Below are positions 1 through 7,937 of a DNA stretch of 49,092 nt, piece by piece. The stretch is from a virus, in the IMG/VR virus record IMGVR_UViG_3300045988_095634, one strand, 5' to 3'. Position 1 is the stretch's first letter. Every line of letters starts with the position of its first letter. The notes below the pieces were generated by a model that was given only the letters and a program-made list of their open reading frames with translations, was not told the DNA's origin and ran no database searches. Position numbers and translations under genes: made by a program.

Positions 1-55
1 TAAAATCAAAAAGGGCTAAGCCCTAAGGCTTAACCCTTTTTAATTTTATAATGCG
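1..55. repeat. 55-bp terminal overlap, identical to 49038-49092 (circular-assembly signature)
   Basis: Bases 1-55 (taaaatcaaaaagggctaagccc...ataatgcg) recur exactly as the last 55 bases of the window. Confidence 0.9.
8..41. terminator. Bidirectional hairpin terminator downstream of the integrase gene
   Basis: AAAAAGGG-CTAAGCC-ctaa-GGCTTAA-CCCTTTTT. The long stem has one mismatch and A/T runs on both sides. Confidence 0.7.
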
Positions 56-1611
56 CTTGACGGCGCAAAAGCTGAACCTTTGCAACCGTCACCACTGACA
101 GCGCCTTCCACCAGTTTGAGATCAACCTTGCAATTCTCTCCTGAGTAATTCATCACTAAAACCAGATGATCGTCGTCGTACAAATAGACGGAATTTAGGA
201 ACGTATCGACCAACATAATGCGGTACGCCTCGTCGTTTATATCTCCAGAGCGGAACCTCTCTAAAAAGTAGATAATTTGATCCCGCTCGAACTCTGGCTC
301 TGCTAAGAGCTCGTGAGCTATTCCCTTTTCAATGTCCGCGCGATCAGCCTCCAGCTCCATGAGCCGGGTTTTTGTACTCGGGGTAATTATGCCGGCTTCA
401 ATGGCTGCCAGCATGTTGCTGATTGCTTTCTCGTTTTCTTTCTGCCGGATCTCCAGCGCATGAAGGCCGGACTGATCCTTTTCTCTTTTCTGGTACTCCA
501 TGACGCGATCGGCAATCTGCTCGATCAGTTCGTCGTTGTGTACGATCTTGACAAGCTCGCCGACAACAAGGTCCTCGATCCAGTCTTTAGGCACCGACTC
601 CTTCTTGCAGCTCCGGCCGCGCTTGCGCTTCGTACATGAGTAATAGGCGTATGCTTTCCCGGTGTGGCTGGTGCCGCCGTCGCCTATCATCGGAGAACCA
701 CAAAGCCCGCAAAACAATTTTGTTGTAAGCAGGAAATTTTGCGCCTTGCCTCTGGCCGGTGCGTCGTGGTTTATTTTTAGCATTTTCTGAACCCTCTCAA
801 ATAGATCCCGATCGGTAATTATGGCCGGGATCCCATTCTCGACATAAATGTCCTCATACTCATAGACACCAATATATTTTTTATTCGATAGAATACGCCG
901 GAGGCTGTTCTTGTTGAATTTACCGCCCCGGCTCGTCCGGTAGCCCTCTGAGTTTAGTCTCTCGTATATATCCTTCGCGCGCTCACCCTCGGCATACTCC
1001 TCGAAGATCCTGCGAACGATAGCGGCCTCGGCCTGATCTACCATATAGCGACCGTCTGGGCCGGTTTTCAACCCGAGGCAGGTCTTTCCCAGTGTTTTGA
1101 GCTCCAGCGCGCTGTCGTAGTTGCCGCGCTTCACGTTCTGGGCGAGGTTTTCGCTGTAATACTCAGCGTAGCCCTCCATTACTGACTCTAATATAATACC
1201 CTCCGGGCCGTCCGGTATGGTCTCTTTTGCGTAGAAAATACGGATCCCGTTCTTTTTGAGCTTATATTTATACATGGCTGAGTCGTACCGGTTCCGGGCA
1301 AAACGGTCCATTTTCCAGAGCAGAACGCAGTTAAAACGGCCCTTCTCGCTGTCCTTCATCATTCTTTGAAAGTCTGGCCGCCGGTCCACTCGTCCAGTCA
1401 TTGCCTTGTCGATGTATTCGCCTATGACAATAATGCCGTGCTTTTTGGCGAACTCGTAGCAGTCGCGGAGCTGTCCCTCGATCGACTCCTCACGCTGGCC
1501 GCTGCTGGAATATCTTGCGTATATGACCGCCCGTAATGGCTCTACGCCGCAGGAATTATCCGAGCTACCTCCTGCGGCATATTTTCGAGCCGTGTTTTTA
1601 CCTGTCGGCAT
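46..1611 (-). CDS. Large serine recombinase (phage integrase)
   Basis: N-terminal resolvase motif VIYARYSSSGQREESIEGQ, recombinase domain, Cys-rich zinc ribbon (CGLCGSPM...YYSC) and a C-terminal coiled coil. 521 aa. Confidence 0.9.
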   Translation of the reverse strand: MPTGKNTARKYAAGGSSDNSCGVEPLRAVIYARYSSSGQREESIEGQLRDCYEFAKKHGIIVIGEYIDKAMTGRVDRRPDFQRMMKDSEKGRFNCVLLWKMDRFARNRYDSAMYKYKLKKNGIRIFYAKETIPDGPEGIILESVMEGYAEYYSENLAQNVKRGNYDSALELKTLGKTCLGLKTGPDGRYMVDQAEAAIVRRIFEEYAEGERAKDIYERLNSEGYRTSRGGKFNKNSLRRILSNKKYIGVYEYEDIYVENGIPAIITDRDLFERVQKMLKINHDAPARGKAQNFLLTTKLFCGLCGSPMIGDGGTSHTGKAYAYYSCTKRKRGRSCKKESVPKDWIEDLVVGELVKIVHNDELIEQIADRVMEYQKREKDQSGLHALEIRQKENEKAISNMLAAIEAGIITPSTKTRLMELEADRADIEKGIAHELLAEPEFERDQIIYFLERFRSGDINDEAYRIMLVDTFLNSVYLYDDDHLVLVMNYSGENCKVDLKLVEGAVSGDGCKGSAFAPSSAL

Positions 1612-2185
1612 TATCCTGAGCGCCTGACTCTATTACGGTATAGCCGTAAGCTCTGGCAGTCTCGGCCGCTGCCTCCCGCTGCTCCTCCAGAGAAGCCTCT
1701 GCAAGATCAGGATCCGGCTGTCTGGTATACTCAGCAACCTTCAGACCAACCACCGCGCCGGTGCTGTCGGTGAATTTGTTGCAACAGATCATAACCATGT
1801 CAATGATCCAGCCGAAGCCCAGACCACCGACGGTGAAAATATAAAGGACTCCGGTGCCGACCTTGCCAACATAGAAGCGGTGAGCGCCGAAGAAGCCGAG
1901 GAAAACACAGAGGGCAAGAGTTACCCACTTGTTTTTATCGGAAGCCATCACGGGGGCAGCAGGCGCCTCCTGAGAGGTGGATCCGGCAGCAGTCTGGCCC
2001 GTTTTCTTACTTGTGGAGTAGGAAAGCCCGGTACCCGGGATCCCTACCGTTGTTGTCACTCTGCCGCTGGTGCTGAATGTTTTCTTGAAACCCTTCGGGC
2101 CGATTGATATGCTTGCGCTCTTTGCGCTCAGGTTCAGGCGAACACCCGGCGCGATCTTTTTACTCTTTCTAAATCTCATTCCCAT
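1598..2185 (-). CDS. Membrane protein with a DUF4236-like N-terminus and a TM2 domain
   Basis: MRFRKSKKIAPGVRLNLS...GPKG matches the DUF4236 pattern. LGFFGAHRFYVGKVGTGVLYIFTVGGLGFGWIID matches the TM2 pattern. AAGGAGG ribosome binding site; overlaps the int start by 14 nt. Confidence 0.7.
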   Translation of the reverse strand: MGMRFRKSKKIAPGVRLNLSAKSASISIGPKGFKKTFSTSGRVTTTVGIPGTGLSYSTSKKTGQTAAGSTSQEAPAAPVMASDKNKWVTLALCVFLGFFGAHRFYVGKVGTGVLYIFTVGGLGFGWIIDMVMICCNKFTDSTGAVVGLKVAEYTRQPDPDLAEASLEEQREAAAETARAYGYTVIESGAQDNADR

Positions 2186-2317
2186 ATATAAGGACCTCCT
2201 TCGCTTTTATTGTAACCGATCATCGGCCGGAGTTCTGGGCCGGCCGCGTCGGTTATGTAAAATCAAGTTTTATAACATTTCCCTCTCGGGAAGTTCTGGG
2301 GCGTTTCTTATGGTAAT

Positions 2318-2674
2318 TTATGCCATTTTTTGATTGTCCCCTTTTTCGTCAACGCCGAGCGTGCGAAGCACACAAGCCTTGCCTATTGCGTCGGTTTTGC
2401 GGTATGCTATGATTATTTCCTTCTCTATATCAGATAGCGGGAAATCATTGACAACCGCCTTTGACTCCCAGCCCATAAGGTACGCCGGAGAACAATTAAA
2501 GAGCTGAGCCAGTGAGACGATCGTCTCATGCTTAATGTTCTTTATTTCTCCGCTCTCGTACCGCTGCGCTGTCGCTTCTTTGACTCCTAAATACTCAGCC
2601 ACTTCTAACAGCGTTTTGCCGGCTGCGAGCCGCCGCTCCTTTATTCGGTCGTTGATCTCGGCCATGTCTGGCAC
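2318..2674 (-). CDS. XRE-family HTH repressor (CI-like)
   Basis: HTH segment LLEVAEYLGVKEATAQRYESGE. Divergent from a Cro-like gene. GGAGG ribosome binding site. Confidence 0.85.
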   Translation of the reverse strand: MPDMAEINDRIKERRLAAGKTLLEVAEYLGVKEATAQRYESGEIKNIKHETIVSLAQLFNCSPAYLMGWESKAVVNDFPLSDIEKEIIIAYRKTDAIGKACVLRTLGVDEKGDNQKMA

Positions 2675-2713
2675 CTCCTTCCTTCTTATTTAGAACACCC
2701 TTAGAATATCACA

Positions 2714-2821
2714 AACTTACGCAAAACACAACTAATACTGTGCATAATATCAAAAAACTTACGCAAAAAGTATTGACACGCTTGCTTGCTGGTGTTACTA
2801 TAACCTTACGCAGTAGGTAAG
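2714..2821. promoter_or_regulatory. Lysis/lysogeny switch region with three CTTACGC operator-like repeats
   Basis: AACTTACGCAAAA at 2714-2726 and 2756-2768. CCTTACGCAG plus inverted GTAAG at 2804-2821. Lies between the divergent repressor and cro-like genes. Confidence 0.55.
2773..2801 (+). promoter_or_regulatory. Sigma-70-type early rightward promoter
   Basis: TTGACA (2773-2778), 17-nt spacer, TACTAT (2796-2801), 43 nt upstream of the cro-like ATG. Confidence 0.6.
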
Positions 2822-2843
2822 TTTTTAAGAAAGGAGGCACACA

Positions 2844-3083
2844 ATGGCAGAAATTTATAAAACCGACTACATCGAGATCAAAAAGATCATGGCAGAGAAA
2901 GAAATCAAAACAATTAAGGAGCTCGCGGAGAAAACCGGGATCAATAGAAACACACTTAGCAACATATTAAACGGGAAAGTGCAGCCCTCGTCCGACGTCA
3001 TGGAAAAGCTCGTATTTTCTCTGGAGATCCCGCCAGAAAAGGCCGGCCGTATTTTTTTTAGCCTTATCTTACGCACCGCGTAA
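2844..3083 (+). CDS. Cro-like XRE HTH protein
   Basis: HTH segment ELAEKTGINRNTLSNILNGK. 79 aa, AAGGAGG ribosome binding site, divergent to the repressor. Confidence 0.8.
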   Translation: MAEIYKTDYIEIKKIMAEKEIKTIKELAEKTGINRNTLSNILNGKVQPSSDVMEKLVFSLEIPPEKAGRIFFSLILRTA

Positions 3084-3084
3084 G
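3068..3084. promoter_or_regulatory. Palindromic copy of the operator half-site (CTTACGC-acc-GCGTAAG)
   Basis: Perfect 7-bp inverted repeat overlapping the cro-like stop codon. Same half-site as the switch-region repeats. Confidence 0.45.
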
Positions 3085-3104
3085 TTAGGAAACGGAGGTG
3101 CACA

Positions 3105-3707
3105 ATGAAAGCAAAAGACTACTACCCTACTTACATACCGCGCAAGTGGATCCACTTCGCTGAGCATGGCAGAAAATACCGGATCCGCAAGAAATACCGC
3201 AACCGGATCCTGCAAACCGTAAGCAGCCACCCCTCAGACTTTGAGACGGTCCTCTTTAATGTAATGCAGCACACAAGCCGCAGCGGAATAACTACCGCGG
3301 AATTTTGCCGAGACCTCACCGCCCCGCCGCTGCCCGATTATTTTAGAGACTGCTCCCCAGACGACGGCATACAGATCCCGGACGATATTCGACAGCTCAG
3401 TGAGAAGCTCGAGGAGCTCAAAGAAATCATAGAGCGCACGCTCTCCCCAGTGTTCGACTGGATCAAAGAGCTGGCCGGTAAAATTGTGAAGATTGTACGC
3501 GACGCGGTGGACCGTATCTGGTGCAATGATCGCCACTGGTGGTACATGGCAGAACACCACAAAAAGCGCCGGATCCGTAAGAAGTACAGAACCAAGATCA
3601 AACGCATGGCAAGAGACAGAGCCCGCAAGCTGCTCCACTCTCTCGGGTGTGATACCCAAGAGGAGCAGGACGACACCGAGGCCAGCGACGACGAGGAGGT
3701 CCCTTAA
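3105..3707 (+). CDS. Hypothetical early protein with an internal basic repeat and an acidic tail
   Basis: GGAGG ribosome binding site. Two copies of an H-x-(R/K)KYRIRKKYR-like segment (HGRKYRIRKKYRNRI and HHKKRRIRKKYRTKI). C-terminus is DDTEASDDEE. Confidence 0.6.
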   Translation: MKAKDYYPTYIPRKWIHFAEHGRKYRIRKKYRNRILQTVSSHPSDFETVLFNVMQHTSRSGITTAEFCRDLTAPPLPDYFRDCSPDDGIQIPDDIRQLSEKLEELKEIIERTLSPVFDWIKELAGKIVKIVRDAVDRIWCNDRHWWYMAEHHKKRRIRKKYRTKIKRMARDRARKLLHSLGCDTQEEQDDTEASDDEEVP

Positions 3708-3931
3708 TGGCAAGAAAGAACTCACAAGCGAGACAAGCAGCCTGCCGAATATGCGGCAAGGACTGGCAGATCAGCGCTCTGGCCGTTATCCCTCCGAGTG
3801 GTTACGTCTGCCCGGTGTGTGAAACCAAGCAGAGGAAGGAGCGACTTTATGGCAATGAAAACACTCAAAAGCGTGGGATCCAGAACCCCGCAAAATATCA
3901 ACATCGAACTCGATACACTCCCGGAAAATGA
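3707..3931 (+). CDS. Small zinc-ribbon-like protein (hypothetical)
   Basis: TAATG start overlap with the upstream gene, GAGGAGG ribosome binding site, CRIC...CPVC motif. The 3' part overlaps the next ORF, so the end is uncertain. Confidence 0.45.
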   Translation: MARKNSQARQAACRICGKDWQISALAVIPPSGYVCPVCETKQRKERLYGNENTQKRGIQNPAKYQHRTRYTPGK

Positions 3932-4058
3932 GAGCGACGCGCTCTGCAGGACCATAATCAGCGGAATGTCGAGAGCGTTCGAGGATCCTGCCGTTATGGC
4001 AGACTATCAAAACTGGAAGAAACAGAGACAACAAAGAAAGGAGGCAGCAGCCCTATGA
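3849..4058 (+). CDS. Hypothetical protein
   Basis: Internal ATG of the 3798-4058 ORF, preceded by AGGAAGGAG. Ends 4 nt into the dam-like gene. Confidence 0.5.
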   Translation: MAMKTLKSVGSRTPQNINIELDTLPENESDALCRTIISGMSRAFEDPAVMADYQNWKKQRQQRKEAAAL

Positions 4059-4801
4059 AATACATGGGAAGCAAGGCGAAAGTCGCCCGCTACATCGTGC
4101 CGATCATTCAGAAACAGATCGAGCGCTCCGGCTATGAGACTTATCTAGAGCCATTCTGCGGCGGCTGCAATGTGATCGACAAGATCGAAGCCCCGCAGCG
4201 GATCGCCAGCGATTGCAACAAGTACCTGATCGCCCTCATGCAGCACATTCAGGCAGGCGGCGAGCTCCCGGGCTACATCGAGCGCGAGGAATACGCCAAA
4301 GTCCGAGCCAACCGCGACGACTACCCGGAATGGTACGCAGGCTATGTCGGTTTTGTGGCTTCGTATAATGGCAGATTTTTCGACGGTGGCTACTCTGGCA
4401 AGACTCAGACAACCGGAGGGCTCCGGGACTATCAGGACGAGGGCCGGCGCAACATCGAGGCGCAGCGGGACAAGCTGAAGGACGTCATTTTCTTACATAA
4501 GGACTACCGGGCATGGAACCCGACCGGGTGCGTCATTTACATGGATCCACCCTACGAGAACACAAAGCAGTATAAATCGGTTGAAATTTTCGACCACGCG
4601 GACTTCTGGAGAGTCGCACGGCTCTGGAGCCATGACAACATTGTACTAATCAGCGAGCAGGAAGCTCCTGACGACTTCGTGCCGGTGTGGATCCACAGCG
4701 TAACCCGCACCATGAACCAAAATAAGACGATAGCAGCCACCGAAAAGCTATTCGTTGCGAAGGAGGTGCTCGAGCGTGAGGAAATTGTTGCAGCAGTTTA
4801 A
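4055..4801 (+). CDS. Dam-family (D12 class) N6-adenine DNA methyltransferase
   Basis: N-terminal MKYMGSKAK...EPFCGGCNV SAM motif and catalytic DPPY (YMDPPY). Confidence 0.85.
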   Translation: MKYMGSKAKVARYIVPIIQKQIERSGYETYLEPFCGGCNVIDKIEAPQRIASDCNKYLIALMQHIQAGGELPGYIEREEYAKVRANRDDYPEWYAGYVGFVASYNGRFFDGGYSGKTQTTGGLRDYQDEGRRNIEAQRDKLKDVIFLHKDYRAWNPTGCVIYMDPPYENTKQYKSVEIFDHADFWRVARLWSHDNIVLISEQEAPDDFVPVWIHSVTRTMNQNKTIAATEKLFVAKEVLEREEIVAAV

Positions 4802-5474
4802 GAAAATTGTATTTTTCGATACTGAGACAACCGGCCTCGATCCTGAAAAGGATCAGATCATCGAGCTGGCCGCCGCTCTCGTCACCGAAAACGGCATAGA
4901 GCTCAAAATTGACGCTTTTTGCAAGCTGCCAGAGGGCGAAAAGATACCGGAGAAGATCGTCGAGCTGACTCACATCACCGACGACATGCTGGCAGATAAA
5001 GGGATCGACTACCGCGAAGCCTGCAGGATCTTCTGCAATATGCTCCACAGTGACAGCGAGGTGCTGCTGGTGGCTCACAATATCCAGTTTGACCTGCTTT
5101 TCATTCTGGAAATGTTCAAACGCTGCGGCATGGTTCCGAAAGCTCCAAAGCTCCGGGCGCTCGACTCCCTGACGGTATATAAGGACCGCACAGCGTACCC
5201 GCACAAGCTGGCGAACGCGATCGAGCACTACGGCCTCGCTGATAAGGTCCAGAACAGCCACAGAGCGATCGACGACGTTCTGGCGCTCTACGAGGTGACT
5301 AAGGCCATGAGCGAAGAACGGGACGACCTGACGGACTACATCGACCTTCTGGGCTACAACCCGAAGTACGGCATAACCGGCCGGAAATTGAGACAGATCA
5401 CATACATGCCCCAGTCTTACAAACTCGGGTGCAGACTGCCGGATCTTATGAATGGAGGTGGATCTTGTGAGTAA
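4776..5474 (+). CDS. DnaQ-like 3'-5' exonuclease (DNA pol III epsilon family)
   Basis: Exo motifs VFFDTETTGL, HNIQFDLLF and HRAIDDVLA. GTG at 4776 follows AAGGAGG; the track start at 4755 is an in-frame alternative. Confidence 0.85.
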   Translation: MRKLLQQFKKIVFFDTETTGLDPEKDQIIELAAALVTENGIELKIDAFCKLPEGEKIPEKIVELTHITDDMLADKGIDYREACRIFCNMLHSDSEVLLVAHNIQFDLLFILEMFKRCGMVPKAPKLRALDSLTVYKDRTAYPHKLANAIEHYGLADKVQNSHRAIDDVLALYEVTKAMSEERDDLTDYIDLLGYNPKYGITGRKLRQITYMPQSYKLGCRLPDLMNGGGSCE

Positions 5475-5562
5475 CGGCGTACTTATTACCCTGATTATTT
5501 GCGTAACGCTGGTAATTATCAGCTACAACAACAAAGGTGGAAAAGACAACGACAAAAAGTAA
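5467..5562 (+). CDS. Possible 31-aa single-pass membrane peptide
   Basis: GTG after GGAGGTGG. Hydrophobic core VLITLIICVTLVII followed by a basic tail. Below the ORF-track length cutoff. Confidence 0.35.
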   Translation: MSNGVLITLIICVTLVIISYNNKGGKDNDKK

Positions 5563-5578
5563 AGGAGGCGCGCGACAC

Positions 5579-5857
5579 ATGGCCGAAGAATACAGCCGCA
5601 AGGCGGTTTTTGAGATACTGGGCCAAGAGGTCTCAGACAAAGAAATGCAGCGGGCTGAGTCTTATGCAGACAGAAAGCTCGAGCGAGCCACAGAAATGCA
5701 GCCAGAGGACGCGGCGACGTACCGCTCCGGCTGGTACCGTGTTTTGCTGGTGGCCGATCTGGTGAAACAGCTCGCCTTCCAAGACTTCACGCTCGCCCTC
5801 TGCGAGCTGAGAAACTACGAACCAAAAGGAGGCATACAGACCAATGCAAACACATGA
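5579..5857 (+). CDS. Hypothetical protein
   Basis: ATG at 5579 preceded by AAGGAGG, in frame within the 5537-5857 ORF. Confidence 0.6.
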   Translation: MAEEYSRKAVFEILGQEVSDKEMQRAESYADRKLERATEMQPEDAATYRSGWYRVLLVADLVKQLAFQDFTLALCELRNYEPKGGIQTNANT

Positions 5858-6635
5858 GGACATAAAAAGGGCCAGACGCCCAGAACGTCCAGCCCAAGTG
5901 ACCGCGAAGAAGGAGACGGTGCTCTCGCCTGAGCCCGTCCATAATTTCAAAGATCACAGAGAAATTATAGCACGAAAACGCAGAAAAGCCAATAGGCGCC
6001 GCGAGGTTTTCCTTGCCAGACTGGCAGCAGGCGCCGCTCTGGTGCTCGTTGTGACCGTTACCGTGAGTCTGGTATCTTGCAGCAAGAAAAAAGAACCGGT
6101 AAACGCTCCGGCAGCAGAAACAACAGCGACACCGCAGGAGACTACTCTCATAATTCAGGACGAAACACAGCCAGACGGCTACTACTTCGCATATCTGACA
6201 GAGGACGGAGAACCCCACGCGGTAAATATGGAGGAGCTTGCGAGATCGTGGGCCTCTGAGGCCGGTTTTGAACTCCGGTACGAGCTGACAGACGCCGAGC
6301 GCTACGAGGTGGCCCAGATCGTCACAGCAGAGGCCGAGGGCGAACCGCTTGCAGGTAAAATTGCAATTTGCCAGTGTATCCTGCAGGCATGTGAGGACGA
6401 CGGGATCCGACCGGCAGAGGCAGCAGCCCGCTACTCCTATTCCAAGAAAAGACCGGAGCCGTCAGTGGAGGCAATGCAGGCCGTTCGGTATGTGTTTGAC
6501 TTTGGAATGACAGCAAGCACCGAGCCGATCAAATACTTTTACAATCCCGATCTTGTGGCGAGTAAGTTCCACGAGTCACAGCGCTACATAATGACAATTA
6601 ACAACCACCGCTTCTATGCGGAGAAGGAGGACTAA
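5844..6635 (+). CDS. Membrane-anchored SleB/CwlJ-like cell-wall hydrolase
   Basis: Basic N-terminus, TM segment AAGAALVLVVTVTVSLVSC, and a C-terminal VTAEAEGEPLAGKIAICQCIL segment resembling the Hydrolase_2 (AEARGEP) motif. Confidence 0.55.
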   Translation: MQTHEDIKRARRPERPAQVTAKKETVLSPEPVHNFKDHREIIARKRRKANRRREVFLARLAAGAALVLVVTVTVSLVSCSKKKEPVNAPAAETTATPQETTLIIQDETQPDGYYFAYLTEDGEPHAVNMEELARSWASEAGFELRYELTDAERYEVAQIVTAEAEGEPLAGKIAICQCILQACEDDGIRPAEAAARYSYSKKRPEPSVEAMQAVRYVFDFGMTASTEPIKYFYNPDLVASKFHESQRYIMTINNHRFYAEKED

Positions 6636-7685
6636 ATGCAACCGATAGTAAACGACTTTTTCTGCGGCTGCGGAGGCATGGGCGTCGGGTTCCTTAATGC
6701 TGGCTATAAAATAGCCGGGGCGTGGGACTTTGACAAATATGCGGTGCAAAGCTACGACCACAACGTCGGGCACCATGTAAAGCAGGCAGATATTAAAGAA
6801 ATGACATGGCAAGACGTCCCTTTTGCTCATGTTTGGGCTTTTGGGTTCCCTTGTCAAGATCTGAGCGTTGCCGGTAAGCGAGCCGGGCTACTGCTCAAAT
6901 GCCAAGATTGCGACAGCGATTTTGCTATTGATCCGAGCAATTTCACGGGACAGACAACCTGCCCGAGCTGCGGATCTAAAAACTATAAAGCAGCCAGTCG
7001 CTCCGGGTGCTTCTATGAAATAATGCGCCTGATTGATGAAACCAGAGAACACGCACCGAGCTCACTCCCCGCCGTGCTTGTCGCGGAAAATGTAAAAGGC
7101 TTAACTCCGTATATTCCAGTGCTTGCGGCTGAATTAAAACAGCGCGGATATATCGCCCACGTTAAATTATATAACTCAAAATTTTGGAATGTAGCACAGA
7201 ACCGGGAACGCTACTACATAGCAGCCACCAGAGACGACCTGCAGGACGTTTTGCAAATGCCAGAGCAGAACGAAGATCCTGAAAAGGTTCCCAAACTATC
7301 GCTTTTTCTGGACGATAACGTCCCAGAGAGATTTTACATTCCAAACGAAAAAGCCCAGAAAATTATCGAGCAGGCGCTCAAAAAGCTGGAGGAACTCGGG
7401 AAAGTACATGCAACTATTACGCCAGACCGTATCGAGAAAAGGCAAAACGGGCGGCGATCCAAAGACGACGAGGAGCCAATGTTTACACTTACAGCTCAGG
7501 ATCTCCACGGTGTAATTATCCAAACCGAGGAGGACGACGAAAACGGCATTATTGTCTCTGAGATATGCAACGAGACTGGTCTGCTGGATCCAAACGGCTG
7601 CGGTAAAACCCTCCGAGTTGGCGGGGGGGGGTCATTGACCAAGAAGCACAACTACCAGCACATACTGTTGAGCACATCGGAATAA
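6636..7685 (+). CDS. DNA cytosine-5 methyltransferase, N-terminal portion (frame lost at a G9 run)
   Basis: Motif I FFCGCGGMGVGF, motif IV GFPCQDLSVAG, motif VI ENVKGL. The sequence after the G9 run (7623-7631) continues sensibly only in the -1 frame. Confidence 0.8.
   Translation: MQPIVNDFFCGCGGMGVGFLNAGYKIAGAWDFDKYAVQSYDHNVGHHVKQADIKEMTWQDVPFAHVWAFGFPCQDLSVAGKRAGLLLKCQDCDSDFAIDPSNFTGQTTCPSCGSKNYKAASRSGCFYEIMRLIDETREHAPSSLPAVLVAENVKGLTPYIPVLAAELKQRGYIAHVKLYNSKFWNVAQNRERYYIAATRDDLQDVLQMPEQNEDPEKVPKLSLFLDDNVPERFYIPNEKAQKIIEQALKKLEELGKVHATITPDRIEKRQNGRRSKDDEEPMFTLTAQDLHGVIIQTEEDDENGIIVSEICNETGLLDPNGCGKTLRVGGGGSLTKKHNYQHILLSTSE
7623..7631 (+). repeat. Poly-G (G9) tract inside the C5-methyltransferase
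   Basis: gcGGGGGGGGGtc. The reading frame changes from frame 0 to frame 2 at this run. Confidence 0.95.
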
Positions 7686-7828
7686 CGGTGACGGATTACG
7701 CCACCAATTTGCAGAAATTCACCGATACAGCAAATTGCCTTCAGGCAAGAGACTCGAAAGGCTTCGGGCGTCAAGGCATGACTGCTGTCATTGAAATATC
7801 AAAGGAGGACGAAAATGCCAAAACTTGA
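7631..7828 (+). pseudogene. C5-methyltransferase middle fragment (target-recognition region) in the -1 frame
   Basis: Translates to ...TANCLQARDSKGFGRQGMTAVIEIS..., which is typical C5-MTase variable-region sequence. Not reachable from the upstream frame as written. Confidence 0.6.
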
Positions 7829-7937
7829 AATGATCGGCTTACTGGATATAAAGGGGCAAGACTCCGTTCGGCGAGTGTACGATCCTGACGGTCTGGCCCC
7901 TACCCTTACGACTTGCGGGGGGGGTGTAGACAAGTGA
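7815..7937 (+). pseudogene. C5-methyltransferase fragment with its own RBS and ATG, terminated just after a G8 run
   Basis: AAAGGAGG then ATG. Translates to MPKLEMIGLLDIKGQDSVRRVYDPDGLAPTLTTCGGG (conserved PTLT..GG motif), then a stop 11 nt after the G8 run. Confidence 0.6.

Noticed and set aside
1-55. 55-bp direct repeats at the window ends as attL/attR or phage terminal repeats
   Set aside because: Serine integrases do not create long direct repeats. The length equals a typical assembler k-mer and the repeat cuts through a terminator hairpin. An assembly circularisation overlap is the simpler explanation.
313-639. Numerous antisense or embedded ORFs in the six-frame track (for example 313-639 +, 4650-5261 -, 13228-13908 -, 15642-16172 -, 40624-41307 -)
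   Set aside because: Each lies opposite or inside a well-supported gene with recognisable motifs. They lack ribosome binding sites and have atypical composition. The genome otherwise shows tight, co-oriented gene packing.
7686-7912. Gap between the two annotated C5-methyltransferase ORFs as an inserted mobile element or intein
   Set aside because: The gap translates in other frames into normal methyltransferase variable-region sequence. No homing endonuclease, transposase or intein splice motifs are present. The breaks coincide with G homopolymers.
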